Origin: an uncultured Gammaproteobacteria bacterium | GTDB taxonomy: Bacteria > Patescibacteriota > Microgenomatia > Woykebacterales > RBG-16-39-9b | DNA: 64,000 nucleotides | Reading direction: 5' to 3' | NCBI GenBank assembly: GCA_964349395.1 | Contig: CAYGGA010000001.1 | Span: 811-64,810 of the forward strand | Part shown: in pieces, positions 45,629 to 54,851 of the stretch | Layout: each line of letters starts with the position of its first letter | Position numbering within the stretch: the first letter of the stretch is position 1 | The notes under the pieces: generated by a model | Told to the model about the DNA's origin: nothing | What the model saw: the letters and a program-made list of their open reading frames with translations, nothing else | Databases searched by the model: none | Made by a program: the position numbers and the translations under genes

Positions 45629-46537
45629 ATGGCCGTACCCACAATATACAATCAAATAGCTGGTAACAAAACCAAGACATGGATCATCATGATTCTTTTT
45701 ACTATATTTATCACAGGAGTGGTTTATATCTTTGCTTTAGCATCTGGTTTCGAAGGTGTAGGGGCACTAAGTTATGTGGGAATCGCTCTGATTATCACTG
45801 GTGTAATCAACTTATTTTCTTATTACAACTCCGACAAAATGGTGATGGCTATCTCTGGTGCCAAGCAAATCACTCGTGAAAACAGTGAGTATTTGTTTGA
45901 AATTGTGGAAAATCTGGCCATTGGTAGTGGCCAACCAATGCCTAAAATCTACATCATTGAGGATACGGCTACTAATGCTTTTGCTACGGGCAGGGATCCA
46001 CAACATGCTTCCATCGCCTTCACCACTGGAATCATTGAGAAGTTAAATAAACTTGAGCTCGAAGGGGTAGCCGCCCACGAACTTTCTCATGTTAAAAATT
46101 ACGACACTAGACTGATGACAATTGTTTCAATTTTGGTGGGGACCATAGCTTTACTGGCTGATTTTTTCCTCAGGATGACATTCCATGGTCGGAGTCGGGA
46201 CAATAATAAAGGGGGTGCTATCTTTATGGTGCTTGCTTTGATCGCGGCTATCTTGGCGCCATTGGTAGCTCAGTTGATTCAACTCTCAATCTCCCGAAGA
46301 AGGGAGTATCTAGCCGATGCCTCCTCAGCCTTGTTGACTCGCTATCCGGATGCACTCGCTGACGCCCTGCTTAAAATATCTAGGGACCCTGAACCCCTAG
46401 AAGCCGCCAATAGAGGTACTGCTCATTTGTATATTGTGAACCCTTTGAAAGGCCAAGGAGCAGGCAAATGGCTAGCTTCTTTTTTTAATACTCACCCACC
46501 TATTGAAGATAGAGTCAAAGCCTTGAGGGACATGTAG
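45629..46537 (+). CDS. htpX: Zinc metalloprotease HtpX (M48 family)
   Basis: HELSH (HExxH) motif and TM segments; alternative ATG at 45689. Confidence 0.8.
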   Translation: MAVPTIYNQIAGNKTKTWIIMILFTIFITGVVYIFALASGFEGVGALSYVGIALIITGVINLFSYYNSDKMVMAISGAKQITRENSEYLFEIVENLAIGSGQPMPKIYIIEDTATNAFATGRDPQHASIAFTTGIIEKLNKLELEGVAAHELSHVKNYDTRLMTIVSILVGTIALLADFFLRMTFHGRSRDNNKGGAIFMVLALIAAILAPLVAQLIQLSISRRREYLADASSALLTRYPDALADALLKISRDPEPLEAANRGTAHLYIVNPLKGQGAGKWLASFFNTHPPIEDRVKALRDM

Positions 46538-46540
46538 AAT

Positions 46541-46577
46541 AAGTTAAAAGTTAAAAGTTAAAAGTTAAAAGTGTAAA
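46541..46577 (+). repeat. Heptanucleotide tandem array (GTTAAAA)x4 plus one degenerate unit, 5 nt after the htpX stop
   Basis: Units counted by hand. The unit contains TAA, so stops occur in all three frames. Confidence 0.75.
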
Positions 46578-46580
46578 GCT

Positions 46581-46883
46581 ATGAACATCAAAAAATTATC
46601 AGTTGAAGAAGTAAGGCATGTGGCAAAACTGGCCAACTTGGATTTGACAGATTCTGAAATTGAGAAATTCACTAAAGAGCTTGGTGAGGTAATTGATTAC
46701 AATGTAAGCCTGTTAAATTTGGTGGACACCTCAAAGGTGGAGCCTTTATATCAAGTAAATCCAGAAACCAATCGTGAAAGAGACGATGAAACCTCCCTTT
46801 CATTGACTCAGGATCAAGCCCTAAAAAATGCAGGGTCTGTGCACAATTTTTTTTTCAAAGTAAAGGCAGTTATTGATGAATGA
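46581..46883 (+). CDS. gatC: Asp/Glu-tRNA(Asn/Gln) amidotransferase subunit C
   Basis: 100 aa; GatC-like LSVEEVRHVAKLANLDLTDSE. Confidence 0.8.
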   Translation: MNIKKLSVEEVRHVAKLANLDLTDSEIEKFTKELGEVIDYNVSLLNLVDTSKVEPLYQVNPETNRERDDETSLSLTQDQALKNAGSVHNFFFKVKAVIDE

Positions 46884-48285
46884 GCTAACTGACCTATCCT
46901 TGAAGGAAACCTATGAAAAACTAAAGGGTAGGGAAGTCACCTCCGTGGAGGTGACCACCAGTTATCTGCAAAACATTGAAAAGCTGGATAAAAAGATTGA
47001 TTCTACTTTGCTCGTTACTTCTGACAGTGCAGTAGAAACTGCTAAAAAAGCAGACCTTTTAATTGCAGATAGTAGTCCTGTTTGTTGGCTCACCGGTACC
47101 CCCTTTCTAGCCAAAGATAATCTCTCTACTGAAGGTATTGTGACCACCGCAGCCTCAAAAATATTAGAAAATTATACCCCAGTTTATGACAGTACCGTAA
47201 TCGCCAACTTGAAGAAAGTAGTAGCCCCGATGCTAGGTAAAACCAATATGGACGAATTTGCCATGGGCGGGTCCACGGAGAAATCAGCTTTTAAAATAAC
47301 TAAAAATCCTTACGATTTAGACCGAGTTCCCGGCGGCTCATCCGGTGGCTCAGCTGCGGCGATCGCTTCTGACTTAGCTACTTTTGCTTTGGGAAGCGAT
47401 ACCGGGGGAAGTATCCGTCAACCAGCTTCTTTCTGCAGCGTGGTTGGCTTGAAACCAACCTATGGTCGTACTTCCCGCTTTGGGTTGATTGCCATGGGCA
47501 GTTCACTTGACCAGGTAGGGCCCATTACCAAGACTGTGGAAGATAGTGCTTTGGTTTTAAATATTATTGGTGGTTATGACGAAAAAGATGGGACTACTGT
47601 CAAAAAGGAGTTGCCTGATTATTCTAAAAATATTCACCATGGAGTGAAGGGTAAAAAAATCGGTGTTCCCAAAGAGTATTTTGGTGAGGGAATAGCTAGC
47701 GAAGTAAAAGAAGTCACCAAGAAGGCTCTGGAGCGATTGGAAGACTCAGGAGCAGAGCTGGTGGAAATTAGTTTGCCCAATACCAAAGAAAGCATTCCTG
47801 TTTACTATGTCATTATGGCAGCTGAAGTCTCCTCCAATTTAGCTAGATTTGACGGAGTGAGATTTGGAAAAGACCGTAGTCATTTTGGCGATGAGACAAA
47901 GAGAAGAATTATGCTTGGGACCTACGCCCTATCAAGCGGTTATTATGATGCTTATTATCTGAAGGCGGCAAAAGTCCGGCGACTGGTAAGAGAAGATTTT
48001 GATAAAGCGTTTGAAAACGTGGATCTCATTGCCGGACCAGTGGCCCCGACCACTGCCTTTAAAATTGGGGAAAAGACTTCGAGCCCCTTGCAAATGTATT
48101 TGGAAGACCTACTAACTGTCCCTATCTCCCTTGCCGGCTTGCCTGCTATCTCCGTCCCTGCTGGTTACGCTGACGATTTACCAGTAGGACTGCAGATAAT
48201 TGGGAAAATGTGGGGCGAAGAAGAGATTCTGCAAGCAGCTTACGTGGTGGAGAAGACCACCCACCGGATCAGGCCAAAATTATGA
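46873..48285 (+). CDS. gatA: Asp/Glu-tRNA(Asn/Gln) amidotransferase subunit A (amidase signature)
   Basis: Amidase signature GGSSGGSAAAIAS with the Ser-cisSer-Lys triad context. Confidence 0.85.
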   Translation: MMNELTDLSLKETYEKLKGREVTSVEVTTSYLQNIEKLDKKIDSTLLVTSDSAVETAKKADLLIADSSPVCWLTGTPFLAKDNLSTEGIVTTAASKILENYTPVYDSTVIANLKKVVAPMLGKTNMDEFAMGGSTEKSAFKITKNPYDLDRVPGGSSGGSAAAIASDLATFALGSDTGGSIRQPASFCSVVGLKPTYGRTSRFGLIAMGSSLDQVGPITKTVEDSALVLNIIGGYDEKDGTTVKKELPDYSKNIHHGVKGKKIGVPKEYFGEGIASEVKEVTKKALERLEDSGAELVEISLPNTKESIPVYYVIMAAEVSSNLARFDGVRFGKDRSHFGDETKRRIMLGTYALSSGYYDAYYLKAAKVRRLVREDFDKAFENVDLIAGPVAPTTAFKIGEKTSSPLQMYLEDLLTVPISLAGLPAISVPAGYADDLPVGLQIIGKMWGEEEILQAAYVVEKTTHRIRPKL

Positions 48286-48680
48286 ACTTACTCGAAATTC
48301 TATTGGGTAGAAAACTAATAAAGCGCGGTCGTTTAAATTACGAAACCTTAAAACTAGTGGAAGATAAATGGCCCCAGATTGACCAAGCTTTGCTATCTAA
48401 AAATCCAAGTAGTTTAAAACAAGCTGTGATTGAGGCTGACAAAATCGTTGATTTTGTTTTGAAACAGTTGTATCCAGATACGGAAACCATGGGTGAAAGA
48501 TTAAAATTGGCCAAAGAAAAATTTTTAAATAATAAAATTAGCTATGATGATTTGTGGTATGCCCATAAAATCAGGAATGAGTTGGTGCATAATACCAACT
48601 TCAACTTGCCATCGTTTGAAGTAGAGTCAATCATTGCCAAATTTGCCAAGGGGCTAGAGTTACTAGGAGCAAAACGATGA
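48282..48680 (+). CDS. Hypothetical alpha-helical protein with an Rx4H (HEPN-like) motif, inserted between gatA and gatB
   Basis: ATGA start/stop overlap with gatA and TGA/ATG overlap with gatB. YAHKIRNELVHN matches the Rx4-6H HEPN signature. Confidence 0.3.
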   Translation: MNLLEILLGRKLIKRGRLNYETLKLVEDKWPQIDQALLSKNPSSLKQAVIEADKIVDFVLKQLYPDTETMGERLKLAKEKFLNNKISYDDLWYAHKIRNELVHNTNFNLPSFEVESIIAKFAKGLELLGAKR

Positions 48681-50146
48681 TTGAGTTTGATTTAATCATA
48701 GGGTTAGAAGTTCATGTCCAACTGAACACTAAGTCAAAAATGTTTTGCTCGTGCTCAGCGTCCTACTTTGGTAAAGAGCCAAATACGCACACTTGTCCAG
48801 TTTGTCTCGGGCTGCCGGGAGCCTTACCGGTCGCCAATCGGGAGGCTATCAAGAAAGCCTTGACGACTGGTATAGCGTTGAGCTGCAGTCAGCCTGAGAT
48901 CTCGAAGTTTGATCGAAAAAATTACTTTTACCCAGATTTAGCCAAAGGATTTCAGATCTCCCAATTTGACCAACCCTTCTCCGTCAATGGGCATCTTCTG
49001 GTCGGGGATAGGAAAATTAGGATTAATCGTGCCCATTTGGAAGAAGATACTGGAAAGCTCATTCACGCAGACGTGGATGGCAGTAGAGTCTCGCTAGTAG
49101 ACTTTAATCGAAGTGGAGTACCGCTTCTAGAGATAGTCTCCGAGCCAGATATTACCAGTCCCGAAGAAGCGAGGGAATACGCGCAAAAACTAAATCTCAT
49201 CTTGAGAACCATCGGGGTAGCAGAAGGAGATATGGAAAAAGCTGGTATGAGGTTTGATGCCAATCTATCTTTAAAGCCCAAGGGTCAAAAAGAGTTGGGG
49301 ACTAAAGTGGAGATAAAAAATATTAACTCTTTCAGGTTTTTGGAAAAGGCAATTTATTATGAATTCTCCCGCCAGTCAGAATTACTGCAAAAGGGTGAAA
49401 AAATTGTTCAAGAAACCAGAGGATGGGTAGAGAGTAAAGGAGTTACTCAAACTCAGCGCTCCAAAGAGCAAGCCCATGATTATAGATATTTCCCGGAACC
49501 TGATATACCAACCTTTATTATGGACAATGAACACAAAAAAGATTATGGAATTGTTTTGCTCAAGTTACCTGACGCCCGTGTGGCCGATATTGTGAGACTT
49601 GGACTAGAAGAGAGGTTTGCCAAAACATTGGTTGATAAAGATTCTGATTCTTGGTTCATGACGCTGCTTCATGCGTATGAACAAACTGAGAGTAAGGCAC
49701 TTGGGTCTTCCCATTTCGACAACTCCAAAGCCCAAATCTTGGCACGCTGGATGATGGAGGTCTTTAGGATTTTAAAGGAAAAGAATCTCTTGCTAGCGGA
49801 GCTTAAAGGTGAAGCCTCTGGTGTTGCCAATATTCAATACCGAATTGATAAAGGTGAGCTAACTGCTGCCAATGCCAAGCAAGTTTTAGAGGAATATTTA
49901 TTAACTGGAGATTCAATCGATAGTTTAATTAAGAAATATGGTATAGGGGCCCCGAAAGATTTAAATTTGGATGAGATTGTTAGTCAAGTAATCCAAGTAA
50001 ATCAGAAAGCAGTAAATGATTATCAAAGTGGTAAAGACCAAGCTTTATTTTTTCTCGTCGGCCAAGTCGTCAAGGAGAGTCGAGGGGCAGCGAACGCGGA
50101 AGATGCTAAAAGAACTTTACTGGAGAAATTAAAAGATGCCCACTGA
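48677..50146 (+). CDS. gatB: Asp/Glu-tRNA(Asn/Gln) amidotransferase subunit B
   Basis: GatB N-terminus GLEVHVQLNTKSKMFC and CPVCLGLPGALP; C-terminal YqeY-like domain. Confidence 0.85.
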   Translation: MIEFDLIIGLEVHVQLNTKSKMFCSCSASYFGKEPNTHTCPVCLGLPGALPVANREAIKKALTTGIALSCSQPEISKFDRKNYFYPDLAKGFQISQFDQPFSVNGHLLVGDRKIRINRAHLEEDTGKLIHADVDGSRVSLVDFNRSGVPLLEIVSEPDITSPEEAREYAQKLNLILRTIGVAEGDMEKAGMRFDANLSLKPKGQKELGTKVEIKNINSFRFLEKAIYYEFSRQSELLQKGEKIVQETRGWVESKGVTQTQRSKEQAHDYRYFPEPDIPTFIMDNEHKKDYGIVLLKLPDARVADIVRLGLEERFAKTLVDKDSDSWFMTLLHAYEQTESKALGSSHFDNSKAQILARWMMEVFRILKEKNLLLAELKGEASGVANIQYRIDKGELTAANAKQVLEEYLLTGDSIDSLIKKYGIGAPKDLNLDEIVSQVIQVNQKAVNDYQSGKDQALFFLVGQVVKESRGAANAEDAKRTLLEKLKDAH

Positions 50147-51935
50147 GACTGAAACTAAAATCCAGTACCTTTTAATAGAAGACACCGAGTCTTTAAAAAA
50201 AATTATTCCGGAGATAGAAATCGCTAAAACTATTGGAATTGATACTGAAGGAACTTCCCTTGATCCTTACCAAGGGAAACTCCTCCTTTTGCAAATTGCT
50301 ACAGAAGATAAATCTTGGGTGATTGATTGTCTAAAGGTGGATCTAGAGGTTCTTAAACCAGTTCTAGAAGCTGATCGACCTCTCAAAATTGTCCAGAATG
50401 CTAAACATGACTACAAGCTTTTAAAGGTCCAAGCTGGTATCACGTTGGGAAGTATTTTTGATACTATGTTGGCCGAACGTTTGATCACCTGTGGGATTTC
50501 TCGCGAAATCTCCTTAAAAACCTTAGCAGAGAAATATTTGGGGCTAAACCTAGACAAAGAAGTGCGTAAAAGTTTTATTGAGTTTTATACTCCAGGAAGG
50601 AAATTGGTTTATTCAGAGGAACAATTGCGTTACGCGGCGCAGGATGCGGAAATTTTACTTCCAATTTTCAAAAAACAATTTGCTCAATTGCGGATTGACG
50701 ACTTGGTAGAGACGGCCAAATTAGAGTTCAATCTTGTGCCAGTTGTCAGTGAGATGGAAATAAGAGGGTCACTGCTTGATCAAAAAAGATGGCGAGCTCA
50801 TACGCAGGAGCTTAAAAAAATTCGCGACACGATCAACACCGATATGCAAAATGACTTACGACACCTAACCACTTATGCCAAAGTAGATCTATTTGGTAAT
50901 GTTGTTGACTCTATCAATCTAGATAGCCCGCTGCAGTTGTTGGAGGCTTTTAAAAAACTGGGGGTCGAAATACCCAATACCTCTGAAGCCACGCTGCAAA
51001 AAGTAGATCATCCCCTAGCTAAAAAACTACTCGAATACCGTGGTTATGAAAAAATGATTACTGCTTTTGGTGAGTCGATTTTAGACAAAGTAAACCCAGT
51101 TACCGGTCGGCTGCATCCGGATTTTATGCAGTTAGGGGCTGATACAGGAAGGTTTGCCTGTAATAATCCCAATCTGCAGCAAATACCCGCGGAGTCAGAA
51201 TTTAGAAGCTGCTTTATTGCTTCTCCTGGTTATAAAATGATTACTGCGGACTATTCTCAGATAGAGCTGCGCATTATGGCAGAGGTGAGCGAAGATCCCG
51301 CTTTCTTGGAAGCTTTTAATTCTGATGTGGATTTGCATACACTCACTGCTTCTCAGATGTTTAGGATTCCAGTCGAAGAGGTCAGCAAGGAACGCCGTTT
51401 TCAAGCTAAGTCGATTAATTTCGGCTTGATGTACGGCCGTGGACCCGCTTCCTTGGGGATGCAGATTGGTTTGAGTGTGGATGAATCACGCAAACTACTA
51501 GACGTGTATTTTAAGACCTATCGGCGGGTCAAGAAGTGGTTAGACGATATTGGACGGCTAGCGGTCAAACAAGGGTATATCCGTACTCTTGGAGGCCGTA
51601 AACGAATCTTTCAGTTGCCAGATCGGGACCACCCCGATTATGATAAACTTATAGCATCAATTGATCGGCAGGGCAAAAACACTCCTATTCAGGGTACGAG
51701 TGCGGATATTACCAAATATGCCTTGATCTACATTGCCAGGGAATTAAAGAAGCGCAACTTGGATGCCTTTTTGATTCATACTGTGCATGATGAGATTGTC
51801 TCGGAAGCACGGGAAGATATTGCCGATAGCGTTGCCAAAGTGGTCGAAGAACAAATGATTGAAGCTGGGAAAAAGCTTTTGAAACTAGTACCAGTGAAAG
51901 TGGATGTCCACGTCGCTGATATTTGGACTAAGTGA
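50136..51935 (+). CDS. polA: DNA polymerase I, Klenow-like (3'-5' exonuclease plus polymerase domains, no 5'-nuclease domain)
   Basis: Exo I DTEG and Exo II YAAQDAEIL; Pol A motif A (DYSQIELR), motif B (RRFQAKSINFGLMYG) and motif C (HTVHDE). Confidence 0.8.
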   Translation: MPTETETKIQYLLIEDTESLKKIIPEIEIAKTIGIDTEGTSLDPYQGKLLLLQIATEDKSWVIDCLKVDLEVLKPVLEADRPLKIVQNAKHDYKLLKVQAGITLGSIFDTMLAERLITCGISREISLKTLAEKYLGLNLDKEVRKSFIEFYTPGRKLVYSEEQLRYAAQDAEILLPIFKKQFAQLRIDDLVETAKLEFNLVPVVSEMEIRGSLLDQKRWRAHTQELKKIRDTINTDMQNDLRHLTTYAKVDLFGNVVDSINLDSPLQLLEAFKKLGVEIPNTSEATLQKVDHPLAKKLLEYRGYEKMITAFGESILDKVNPVTGRLHPDFMQLGADTGRFACNNPNLQQIPAESEFRSCFIASPGYKMITADYSQIELRIMAEVSEDPAFLEAFNSDVDLHTLTASQMFRIPVEEVSKERRFQAKSINFGLMYGRGPASLGMQIGLSVDESRKLLDVYFKTYRRVKKWLDDIGRLAVKQGYIRTLGGRKRIFQLPDRDHPDYDKLIASIDRQGKNTPIQGTSADITKYALIYIARELKKRNLDAFLIHTVHDEIVSEAREDIADSVAKVVEEQMIEAGKKLLKLVPVKVDVHVADIWTK

Positions 51936-51941
51936 TCTGAC

Positions 51942-52910
51942 ATGTTAACTGCCTTAACTGACAAAATTGGTGATGTTTTAAGCCTCTGGCTGATTCCACA
52001 CCATCGCAACAATCACCACCCTCATGCCACCCGGTATACTGGTCTCAGTATTTTTTTGGTCGGGATTTTGCTTTCTCAAATAGTGACCAATGTAGCCACT
52101 GGTAAAGATCCGATGACTTTAGGGTTTGCTACCAATGTGGTGAAAGACCAACTTATTACCCTCACCAACCAACAGCGTAGTAGTCATGGTGCCCAAGCGG
52201 TAGTGGAGAGCCCTGCTCTATCCCAGGCTGCTCTTCTGAAAGCTCAAGACATGTTTGCCAAAAACTATTGGGCTCATGTTGGGCCTGATGGCACTAGTCC
52301 CTGGCATTTTTTTGAAATTGTTGGCTATAAGTACATTTATGCCGGAGAAAATCTCGCGCGCGGCTTTGATACCTCTTCTGGGGTGGTAGACGGGTGGATG
52401 AACTCTCCGTCGCATCGTGATAATTTGCTCAACCCCAATTACCAACATATTGGTATGGCGGTCTTAAATGGCCAGATGGGTGGAGAATCTACGACTTTAG
52501 TCGTACAGTTGTTTGGTACTAGTTCAGTTTCCCCAGCTGCGCTAGCCCCCTCGAGTCCAAAACCAGCTACTAGTATTGCTTCGACTCCGACTCCCAAACC
52601 GACAATTGTCGCCATTGGAACTAGCGCTGCTTCCGAAGTTTTGCCCATTACCCCAACTGGGATCTTTAAGTCCCCAACTAACAATGTGGTTCAGGTCTTA
52701 ACCTCTTTCCGACCGCTTGGGGCTTTGAATGCCAATCAGCAAGTCTTGCTTTTAAGTCTGGGGATTTTAGCAGCGATCTTCCTAGTTGATGCATTAATTT
52801 TAATAAGAAAGAGATTGTTCCATACTCGTCCACATGTTATATTACATGGCTTAGTAGTTTTGACTCTCATCAGTTTTATACTCCTAAGTGGCAAGGGATT
52901 GATATTGTGA
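51942..52910 (+). CDS. CAP/SCP (PR-1-like, YkwD-type) domain protein with TM anchors
   Basis: CAP-domain motifs HRDNLLNPNYQHIGMAV and YWAHVGPDG. Ser/Pro/Thr-rich linker and a C-terminal TM. Confidence 0.65.
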   Translation: MLTALTDKIGDVLSLWLIPHHRNNHHPHATRYTGLSIFLVGILLSQIVTNVATGKDPMTLGFATNVVKDQLITLTNQQRSSHGAQAVVESPALSQAALLKAQDMFAKNYWAHVGPDGTSPWHFFEIVGYKYIYAGENLARGFDTSSGVVDGWMNSPSHRDNLLNPNYQHIGMAVLNGQMGGESTTLVVQLFGTSSVSPAALAPSSPKPATSIASTPTPKPTIVAIGTSAASEVLPITPTGIFKSPTNNVVQVLTSFRPLGALNANQQVLLLSLGILAAIFLVDALILIRKRLFHTRPHVILHGLVVLTLISFILLSGKGLIL

Positions 52911-52912
52911 TT

Positions 52913-53167
52913 ATGTCAAAGAAAATCTTAATCGAACATTTATTGGAATACTTACTATTACTTGTGGTTTTAACCTTGGGTTATCTGATCATAAGATTTG
53001 CTCCGGGCGCAGCTTGGAAAGTGATTCTTACCTTTACGGTGGCCTCTTTTTATCTCGGATACGGCTCTTACCATCATTTTAATGAAGAGAATTTTAAAAT
53101 AACTACGGTTTTGGAGTACAGCTTGGTGGCCACTATTATCGCGGTAACTCTACTGCTAGTTTTTTAG
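52913..53167 (+). CDS. Small two-TM membrane protein
   Basis: About 84 aa with two hydrophobic helices; overlaps the stop of the upstream gene. Confidence 0.3.
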   Translation: MSKKILIEHLLEYLLLLVVLTLGYLIIRFAPGAAWKVILTFTVASFYLGYGSYHHFNEENFKITTVLEYSLVATIIAVTLLLVF

Positions 53168-53212
53168 TTAATTTCTTGTCAACAGTTATTTTTTCTGGTA
53201 CAATGCGCACTC

Positions 53213-53515
53213 ATGGAAAAAGACACTCTTACTATAAAACCTGGCGCCACACTGAGGGTGACCACTAAAGTTAAAGAAGGTACTAAAGAAAGACTGCAAA
53301 ATTTTGACGGCATCGTGATTTCGGTGCGCGGTCGAGGTGACAGTCAGACTTTTACGGTACGCAAAATTGGGGCCACTGGTGTTGGCGTGGAGCGAATCTG
53401 GCCGACAAATTCTCCCAATATTGCTAAAATTGAAGTCAAAAGTGAACCTCGGGTTAGACGAGCCAAACTCTACTATCTCCGTGATCGTTTGGGTAAAGCC
53501 GCCACTAAAATCTAG
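53213..53515 (+). CDS. rplS: 50S ribosomal protein L19
   Basis: FDGIVISVRGRGDSQTFTVRKI...GVGVERIWP matches the L19 signature region. Confidence 0.85.
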   Translation: MEKDTLTIKPGATLRVTTKVKEGTKERLQNFDGIVISVRGRGDSQTFTVRKIGATGVGVERIWPTNSPNIAKIEVKSEPRVRRAKLYYLRDRLGKAATKI

Positions 53516-53575
53516 TTGTTAGTTGTTAGTTGTTAGTTGTTAGTTGTTAGTTGTTAGTTGTTAGTTGTTAGTTTG
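53513..53575 (+). repeat. Heptanucleotide tandem array (TAGTTGT)x8 plus one degenerate unit, starting at the rplS stop codon
   Basis: Units counted by hand. The unit contains TAG, so stops occur in all three frames. Confidence 0.8.
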
Positions 53576-53618
53576 TGGTAATTTGTGTCTACCAACTACG
53601 AACTATATACTACTAACT

Positions 53619-54236
53619 ATGAAGGCTGCTAATTGGCTTTTTGAACAAAGCTTATGGAACCAAGGTTACCGATATGTCTGTGGGGTCGATGAAGTTGGCC
53701 GTGGTGCTTGGGCAGGACCGGTCGTATCTGCAGCCGTAGTTTTCCCACCAAAAATAAAATTCCCACAGTCACTTTTTGACTCAAAATTACTTCTGCCTCA
53801 AAAAAGAGAAGAACTGTCCTCCATTATTCAGCACTTAGCTGCTTACATTGGCATCGGAGTTATAGGCGTTTCCGATATTAATCGGCGGGGAATTGGAGTC
53901 GCCTCACAAATGTCGTACCTACAAGCGATTAAAAAACTTCCCCAAGTTCCGGATTATTTTTTAGTGGATGCTTTTTATGTAAAGTATCTGCCCAAATTAA
54001 AGCAGTTACCGATCGTCAAGGGGGATCAGATTTCAGCCAGTATCGCCGCGGCCTCCATCGTCGCCAAGGTCTTCCGTGACCAAATAATGCGAGAACTGCA
54101 CGTGTCTTTACCAAGGTATCGATTTGACTTACATAAAGGGTATGGGACCAAACAACATCAAAAGCTAATTACCAAACATGGCTTTTCAGAGATCCATAGA
54201 AGAAGTTTTAATCTGGATTATTTGGTAAACAGTTAA
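53619..54236 (+). CDS. rnhB: Ribonuclease HII
   Basis: CGVDEVGRGAWAGPVVSAAVVF (the DEVGRG active site). ATG at 53619 chosen downstream of the heptamer array. Confidence 0.8.
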   Translation: MKAANWLFEQSLWNQGYRYVCGVDEVGRGAWAGPVVSAAVVFPPKIKFPQSLFDSKLLLPQKREELSSIIQHLAAYIGIGVIGVSDINRRGIGVASQMSYLQAIKKLPQVPDYFLVDAFYVKYLPKLKQLPIVKGDQISASIAAASIVAKVFRDQIMRELHVSLPRYRFDLHKGYGTKQHQKLITKHGFSEIHRRSFNLDYLVNS

Positions 54237-54251
54237 TATCAGCGACCCATT

Positions 54252-54617
54252 ATGACATTCCAACGAAAGAAGTTAGGACAATTAGGAGAAGATTTGGCAG
54301 CCAAATTTCTTCAGGCCAATGGCTACAAGATAATAGAGAGAAATTTTAGGAGCAAAGTAGGCGAGATAGATATTGTGGCCGAAGAAGATGGGTGGTTGGT
54401 ACTGGTTGAGGTAAAATGCCGTTTCCCCGGGCAGTTCTCACTACCTGAAGAAGCTATTACTCAGAATAAAATTAGACATATTGCTCGAGCAGGTGAGTAC
54501 TACCAGATGGTCAAAAACTCCCCACTTGCTGGGCCGAGAATTGATGTAGTTGCCATTGAATTTGGAGAAGATGGCAAACTAACACGAGAAGAGATTATTA
54601 AAAACGTCACGTCATGA
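54252..54617 (+). CDS. yraN: YraN-family (UPF0102) endonuclease
   Basis: LGQLGEDLAAKFLQANGYKIIERNFR...GEIDIV...LVLVEVKCR pattern of YraN; frequent rnhB neighbour. Confidence 0.7.
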   Translation: MTFQRKKLGQLGEDLAAKFLQANGYKIIERNFRSKVGEIDIVAEEDGWLVLVEVKCRFPGQFSLPEEAITQNKIRHIARAGEYYQMVKNSPLAGPRIDVVAIEFGEDGKLTREEIIKNVTS

Positions 54618-54851
54618 ATGTTTTTTCTCACTAAAGATCAAGTATGTGATAGTTGCAGTCAATGTTGTTCCCAACGAAACTGAAAGTACTGCATAAAGTA
54701 TTTTAGTGAAAGGCTCTGCTGTTAGAGAATTTAAATTAAGTGGGTCTAACCACTCAAGTAGTAAATAAGAAAAGATATTCAGAATTATCCAACTAAGAGT
54801 TATAAAAATCGCTTTTGTTAAAAGAAATAATATATCATATCTGCGTTTCAT
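54612..54851 (-). CDS. Small membrane protein
   Basis: 79 aa with two hydrophobic helices, immediately upstream of (co-oriented with) the glycoside hydrolase gene. Confidence 0.3.
   Translation of the reverse strand: MKRRYDILFLLTKAIFITLSWIILNIFSYLLLEWLDPLNLNSLTAEPFTKILYAVLSVSLGTTLTATITYLIFSEKKHS

Noticed and set aside
48210-48281. Upstream extension of the gatA-gatB insert ORF (track start 48210)
   Set aside because: The extension lies entirely within the gatA coding sequence in another frame. The ATG at 48282 forms an ATGA overlap with the gatA stop and is the plausible start.
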